DNA of 64,000 bases from an uncultured archaeon (GTDB taxonomy: Archaea; Thermoplasmatota; Penumbrarchaeia; JASLWR01): NCBI GenBank assembly GCA_964342815.1, contig CAYFHS010000003.1:96001-160000 (forward strand). The letters are read 5' to 3'. How positions within the stretch are numbered: position 1 is the stretch's first letter; each line of letters starts with the position of its first letter. A model generated the notes under the pieces. That model was not told where the DNA came from and searched no databases. It saw nothing but the letters and a program-made list of their open reading frames with translations. Positions 56,562-64,000 of this stretch are shown piece after piece. Position numbers and translations under genes: made by a program.

Positions 56562-57245
56562 TTAGTAGAACTCTACCCATCCGCCGCCTGCCGGGAAGGA
56601 CCCGGGTACGTTCCATCCTTCGATGGTGGGTGTCATACCGCTGGAGATCACGAATTTGAACATACCAGAGGATGACTGGTCAAGTCCCTCATCTACTCCA
56701 AACTGACCCGCCGGTATCAAAGGATTCTCTAATATTTCCCAACAGGATACGTTGAGCATAATCAGTGAATCCTGATCCAGTATGCCGCTATTCTGAAATG
56801 ATCTATGGGGATCAACTATGGCAGTTGCTGCGAATTTTGCATTCATACCATCTTGGGCAGCCTTGGTGTTGTTTGCCTCCACCAGGTCAATGGTTCCGCC
56901 GGTTGCTCCAAGTGGTTCGGCGTCCTGCCAGGTCATATGGATCGTCAGTTCTTTGTAGACGTCGATGCCATCGGTACCTGCATGGAGAGCCAGGTAAATC
57001 CGAAGATCGGATATTGTTCCACCGGTTCCATTGACCAAACCTTCGACATGCTGGACCTTTATTCCACCGGATACATCCTGAGTGGCCTCAGAACCCGTTT
57101 TCTGTGCTCTGTCTTGCAGACTGCCAGAGGTGTTGATCAACACTGCTGCAGCTATTGCTGCCACGAGTACCATCGCTATGAATACGATAAGCGTACCGAT
57201 ACCCACGGCACCATTCTCTTTCTTTCCGAATCTTGTTTTTTCCAT
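56562..57245 (-). CDS. arlB: Archaellin ArlB/FlaB
   Basis: Class III signal peptide KKENG|[25 protein letters not shown]; ATG 57245 follows a GGTGA RBS. Confidence 0.95.
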   Translation of the reverse strand: MEKTRFGKKENGAVGIGTLIVFIAMVLVAAIAAAVLINTSGSLQDRAQKTGSEATQDVSGGIKVQHVEGLVNGTGGTISDLRIYLALHAGTDGIDVYKELTIHMTWQDAEPLGATGGTIDLVEANNTKAAQDGMNAKFAATAIVDPHRSFQNSGILDQDSLIMLNVSCWEILENPLIPAGQFGVDEGLDQSSSGMFKFVISSGMTPTIEGWNVPGSFPAGGGWVEFY

Positions 57246-57313
57246 TATTCTCACCTTTTTACTTGCTTTTTACCTTCTGGTTTTTTATTTTCTGGTTATA
57301 TACTATGCTCGTG

Positions 57314-57327
57314 ATATAAATCTTTTT
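57314..57327 (-). promoter_or_regulatory. BRE/TATA promoter of arlB
   Basis: Minus strand AAAAAGA-TTTATAT about 70 bp upstream of the arlB start. Confidence 0.5.
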
Positions 57328-57378
57328 CTGCTGAAGGCATTATGATAGAATCGATGTTCAGTCATCCTATTTTCTCTA

Positions 57379-58780
<1,402 letters not shown>

Positions 58781-58788
<8 letters not shown>

Positions 58789-61700
58789 GTTTCACACCTC
58801 CCGGCGGCCTCTTCCCTCTTCTTTTTCCCGGCGGTCTCCGCCTCGGTGGTCGACGACCCCGCCCCTCCTTTGGAGGCCTTCTGCGCCCAGGCTGCTGAGG
58901 TCGTCCGGGGGGGCGTTGCCCAGCACCATGACGCTCTTCCCCACGGGGCTGCGGCCGGGCTCCCTCTTCGGGTGACATGGGCCTTACCTCAAATCGCACA
59001 CTGCCCAGCGTATCCTCTCTAATATCGTCGATGATCTTCTCTGCTTTGGTTATATGGTCGTAGACAGACAGGTTGATCTTGATAAAACCATATACGGCGC
59101 CAAAGGCTATAACACCATAAATCAACCCATAAAGGATCTTTGAAAATACAATCGAGACGCTCAATCCAGTGCTTATAAGGAAGAAAAATATCGGTATCTG
59201 AATGAAAGCTGCGATACAGGCTATAAGATAGGGTTTAAATTTCTTATCATCGGAGATCAATTTTCTTCTTCCATGGCCTTCCTCATCTTTAGCAAAGAAT
59301 TCGTACTTCAACCTGTCTTTCTTCGCCTTGGCCGTTATAAGATGCTCGATATAGGATCTTGAAGTAAAGGAAACGAACACCGCCACCGCAGAAAATACAA
59401 GGATTAAAAAGAACCAAATTATAATTTTGCCCATGGTAGTCGCTCCGCCCGAGGAAAAACCAAGGCTGTCCCAGGGGAGGGCGAACAGACTTCCGCCGAG
59501 AACGGCAGAAAAGACGCCGTAAACGAGATACAGACTCCGGTTCTCATTGAGACGACGGAAAAGGTACAAACCGCCGCCAAGTGAAAAGAACAGAAGAAGT
59601 ACGCTGATAACCGGGTGCATGGTGGCATCCCTTACCACGATGCTACCTGAAGCCTCGTTATTTCCCTCAGCATTGACTTTTGAATTGGGATTCGTTTCAT
59701 ATATTGCCCCATCTTCATCGATCTTTAGCACTATGTTGTATTCCTCAACCTTTTCATCCCATTCGAGGTTCGGTATGTTCCAGATGAACTTTATGGGCCT
59801 CCTGTCCTGCTTAATGCTCTGACTTAGATTGAAGGAAATAAGAGAACCTTGGGAAGATTTCAACTCGTCATTGACATAGAGCTTGATCGTAAAGCCGCTT
59901 ATGGGTACGGTTCCCACGGCGATCAGGGTGGTAGTTATCTCAAGGGTGCCGCCTTCTTCGAATTTCTCCTCATTGAACGTTATCTCACCTGTAAAATACA
60001 GGTCAGCGTAAACCACATGTGTGACTGTAGCGATACTCTCGTCCATGGATCGTGACTGGGAGGCGGCCCGGATGTCGATGAGAATATCATTCCCAATCTC
60101 ATCTTTTGAGTTGGGTGAGGTTACGGTTAGCTTGAAACTTGCCGACACATAGTAATCGCTGAATGAAATTGCCAGAGAACGGGAGTCGTTCCCTTTGATT
60201 CCCGCACCTGAAAGATCGTAATTCCAATTTCGCGATTCAAGGCTTCCCTGGGTGGAGGAAGCAGTCACCATGATGCTGTCATTGCGTTGATTATCGGCCC
60301 CGGGGTAGGGAACGTTCATTATCTCGAAATCGTATTCGACGCTCTGAACACTGCCTGATTTGGAAATATTTATATTCGCTTCCAATGCACTGGAGGAAGC
60401 AACGTTCATAAATACAATTGTGGTAACGAACTTCGTGGAACTTCCTCTTTCCAGTGTGGTTCCGGATATAGGTGTCAGGGTGTTGGTGTACTCATCGCCA
60501 ACGTAGGGGTCCAGATCGGTGCGGGGTGTGACCGAGAGGGTTATGCTTATAGAAGTTCCCGGACCCAGCTGAATATTTGAACTGGAAAGAATGCTGAAAT
60601 CGGTGTAGAGCGGACCTTCGTTGTTCTCCAAGGTGATATTATCGAATCCGTTTCCCTTATTGATCACATTAACATTATAGACGGCGGTCTTTCCGGGGAG
60701 AATATTCTTCTTCGAGATGCTCGCCGAGAGACGTGGATCGAACAATGCATTTACCTGGACCTGAACCTTGGTCACATCACTGTGGTTCGGGTCCACTCCC
60801 GATACGGTCTTCAGATTGATATTGTTTATCATATCGACGACTATACCTTTCGCTTCCAACTGGTCTTCCATGTCCCCCTCATCTATAGCGGGAATGGTTA
60901 CCTCCATATAAATCACCGTTGACTCGAAGGGGGAAACCGCCTCCTGATCTTTATCCAGAGTGACGGTCCAGTTCTCATGGGGAGAAGCTTCCGTACTGAA
61001 GTTGAAGGTATCATTACCGTTCCCGGTATTCTTTATCTGGAATGAAAATTTTATCACCGCTCCCGGAGTGCCAGTTTGCAACTCGGGCGATAGTACCGTA
61101 ACTTCGATCCCCGCTCTTCTTTCCACCGAGGTGGTCATGTTCACCGTATCGGTTTTTTCCGAATTGCCCTGGGAAACGCCCTGGACCTGGACAAGGAAGG
61201 GAAGATCTGCAGATGCGAACTCTCCGGCTATTATGGTAATATACAACTGCTTCATCTGACCTTTCAACAGGAATATCGTGGTTACGGGAAAGTTCACCTC
61301 CCATCCGGTTGTCGTCCCATAGCTCTCCACAAGGTTCACGGTGTCGTCCCCGTTCCCCTGGTTCGTTACGTTTATGGTGTATCTTATGGATTTACCTTTT
61401 TCCACTTCCGAGGAATTGTTATTCGGATCAAGATCGATACCAAACCCCTGGATCACATCCGTTGTGGCATTATCATAGTCGAAAACGGATTTATCGAACG
61501 TCGAGGTGACCGTCAGAGTCAAATTACTCTCAGCTCCTATATAGGTTGCATCTTTCAGGGCTGTTGCGGCGACATAAGGAAGTACTGATACCTCTACCTG
61601 GACGATCTCGGTCTCATCGGGTGTGATATTCATTTCTCCGCTTATCACCTTCGAAGACCAGTTATGCTCGGATGAAGTTTCAAACAAATATGTATCTTTC

Positions 61701-63808
61701 CCATTACCCGTATTCGTAACTGCGAACGAATAGGTAAGATTATCCGTGGGTGCTCCTTGCTGGCGGATGGGGTCCTGAGTGGTAACGGTAACCCCCGCTA
61801 TTTTGGTCACGTAAACATAAATCTCCAGAAAAGCCGGCTGGGCAAGGGGATCGTCACGGGGTACTACCGAAACCGAAACGTAACAGCTGCCGTTATACGG
61901 ATCACGGGGTACGAATATTGTCAAACGTACCGTGCTGTCGATCTCGCCCCCTCCCACTGAGACATTGGACTTCGATGTGTCGGCAGTCCATCTGTCGCTC
62001 TCGGAACCGAACTCCAGACCCGTCCAGTTTGCAAGGAACTTGACTGAACGGACTGTGATATCGATGGTATCGAGACTGCTCATACCGCCCAGCTTCGCAT
62101 TGTTGATATTTCTTATGGAGAGATTGACATCCACTGTCTGTGTATTGGGTTTTGGGTCCACGACATCCCAGGTGGGTTCTCCCCATACATCCGCGGTACT
62201 CACTGAATTGACAGTTGTAACCACAGTTCCCGAGTCCGAAGTATGGGGCGATGAGGCTTTAAGCGTCAAATAACCGATAGCGCCCCCGTATGTATGGTCC
62301 TCGATCCTGGTCTCGTAAACCAGCTCAGGTATCATTACGCTAACGGTGATGATCTCGGATCCTTGGGGGGGAATATAGGGAGTCACATACGGCTCATCCT
62401 GTCCGCTGATATAAGCCTGCCACTTGGGAGGCGAGGTCGACAGCTCAAGATCAAAGATGTCGCCCTTATTCCCATTATTCTTTACGGTAAACTGATAATC
62501 GATCTCTTCGCCGGGATCACCATAGGCACCCAGGGGTGGCGCTGTGACCTCAACGTCGTTGATCTCATATGTATAGATATAAGAAACGTTTGTGCGGTAT
62601 ACTGAGTTATTGCCTATTGAGGTTACGGTTGTGTTGACGCCATCAATACTTTCGGAATCCGTACCATCCGGAACCTGTACATCAACTGATAGAACGGCGG
62701 TGGCCCCGGGATCCACCGGACCAATTGTGCCTGTATCCGGGTTACTGGCTACCAACCACCCCTTACCCGACTGGATGAAATAAGTATAGCTGTCCGGAAG
62801 TGTTCCTATGTTCTTGACGGTGAAACGCACTTCCACCGACGCCCCTCCCGGCTCGGCATACTCTTCCGTGGGATCCACCTCCACTTCGAAATCGTAATAA
62901 TAGACCGGTGTGATGTTCACAATTATTGAACTTACATTGTTATTGCCGTTCCCGTCTCCGGGCATCATTGTGGTAACGTTTACACGGTACAATCCCGCTG
63001 CTGACGGGGTCCATACCGAAAATGTAACGAGTGCTCCACCTCCGACATTGAGCGGTGTGGTGGATGCAGGAACCGTCTTGACGTTGCTAAAATCGGAGGC
63101 GTTGGTGGTGTAGTTGAATATTTCAAATTTCACCGGGAAGTCTTGAGTAATATTACTATTTCCTGTGTTGTTGACCCATGCTTCTATAGGAAAACTGCCC
63201 ATTTCGTATTTCTTCCCATCTTCGAGACTGGATATCTCCGCGCCAACGTCAGTCATGTTCTGGATCTTCACAGTAAGGTTGAAGTAATTATTATCAAGAT
63301 CGGGATCATCTGGCCACCCCGCCTCGTTTGTCGTTGTGATGTTTATAGAAAAGTTACCTTCCTGGGAGGGAGTCCACCAGAGGCTGTGGTTCCTAGTGCT
63401 GTTGATGGGTATCATGTAGTCCGACACGTTCCCCGAGGTATTCGCCATAGCCTCAAATTGCCCCGTGTCTATGCACTTCACAGTGAAATTTACAGTTACG
63501 TTTATGGCAAAGGAATCGTTGTAATTCGCCAGTGTTATGTTGATCTCCTGCATTTGAAGGGCGTAAGTCATACCCCCTGAATGTGTGTTAACTGACTCAA
63601 TAGTGGTATCGTTCCCCGGGTCTCCAAAACCACGCGAGGCCGCGGCCTGTATCTCGCCCGATGAAAATGAAAATGGCAGCACTCCGGCGGGTATCCCGAT
63701 AAGAAGAATTGCGAGCACGAAGAAGATGGACCGACAAGCAGTAGCATTTGCCTGGCTCTTTTTTGCGAACAGTGCGGACCGCTCCGGGGGGTTGTGGGTG
63801 ATTGGCAT
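58781..63808 (-). CDS. Very large surface protein with CARDB/NEW3-like repeats, multi-TM C-terminus and Arg/Pro-rich tail
   Basis: Signal peptide, repeated F.V.N.GN..D..L units, about six C-terminal TMs, tail RPPGRPQQPGRRRPP. Confidence 0.8.
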
Positions 63809-64000
63809 CTAATTCCTCTTCGAAACGATTATGGAACCGGATAATGAGATAACTTCATCCAAACTGGTTGTCCAAGCAAATGAACAATATCTGTTTTGGA
63901 TACATTTTACACTTAATAAATGTATGTATTTGATTTTTCCTTTTCAATATAAGATATATTAACAGCATCTGCGCTTTTACGCGATTCCGGGAAGATTTTC

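Overview
Archaeal chromosomal window; the archaellum operon, aEF1A-like GTPase, GGTGA/GGAGG ribosome-binding sites and large C-terminally anchored surface proteins suggest a Thermoplasmatota-like euryarchaeon (inference). In order it contains: the 3' end of ketopantoate reductase; a small wHTH-like gene with phased operator-like boxes; a methyltransferase-TPR gene; and the standout locus (2714-8916). That locus is a tandem array of eight paralogous 3-TM membrane proteins sharing an N-terminal leader, an internal YPY motif and a C-terminal Y-[GAS]-[VA]-[YF]-S motif. It is interrupted by a divergent EF-1A paralog and ends in a translationally coupled radical SAM/SPASM enzyme, so it is a candidate new protein/peptide-modification (RiPP-like) system. 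Next come a structured-RNA candidate, tRNA-Leu(CAA), housekeeping genes (NDP-sugar synthase, rpiA, PEBP, GNAT, DUF2156, carboxyethyl-ornithine synthase), surface proteins and a Fic gene. An AT-richer accessory region holds a six-gene sugar-modification cluster with a second radical SAM, an unannotated 40-aa SMP/LEA-like protein, and a type I R-M locus with frameshifted hsdM carrying HEPN and AlbA_2 cargo. The window ends with a multi-hairpin palindromic element, more surface proteins and an arlB-CDE-F-G-H-I-J archaellum operon flanked by oppositely charged low-complexity proteins (42-Glu tract versus Arg/Pro-rich tails). Family assignments come from motif recognition, not database searches.
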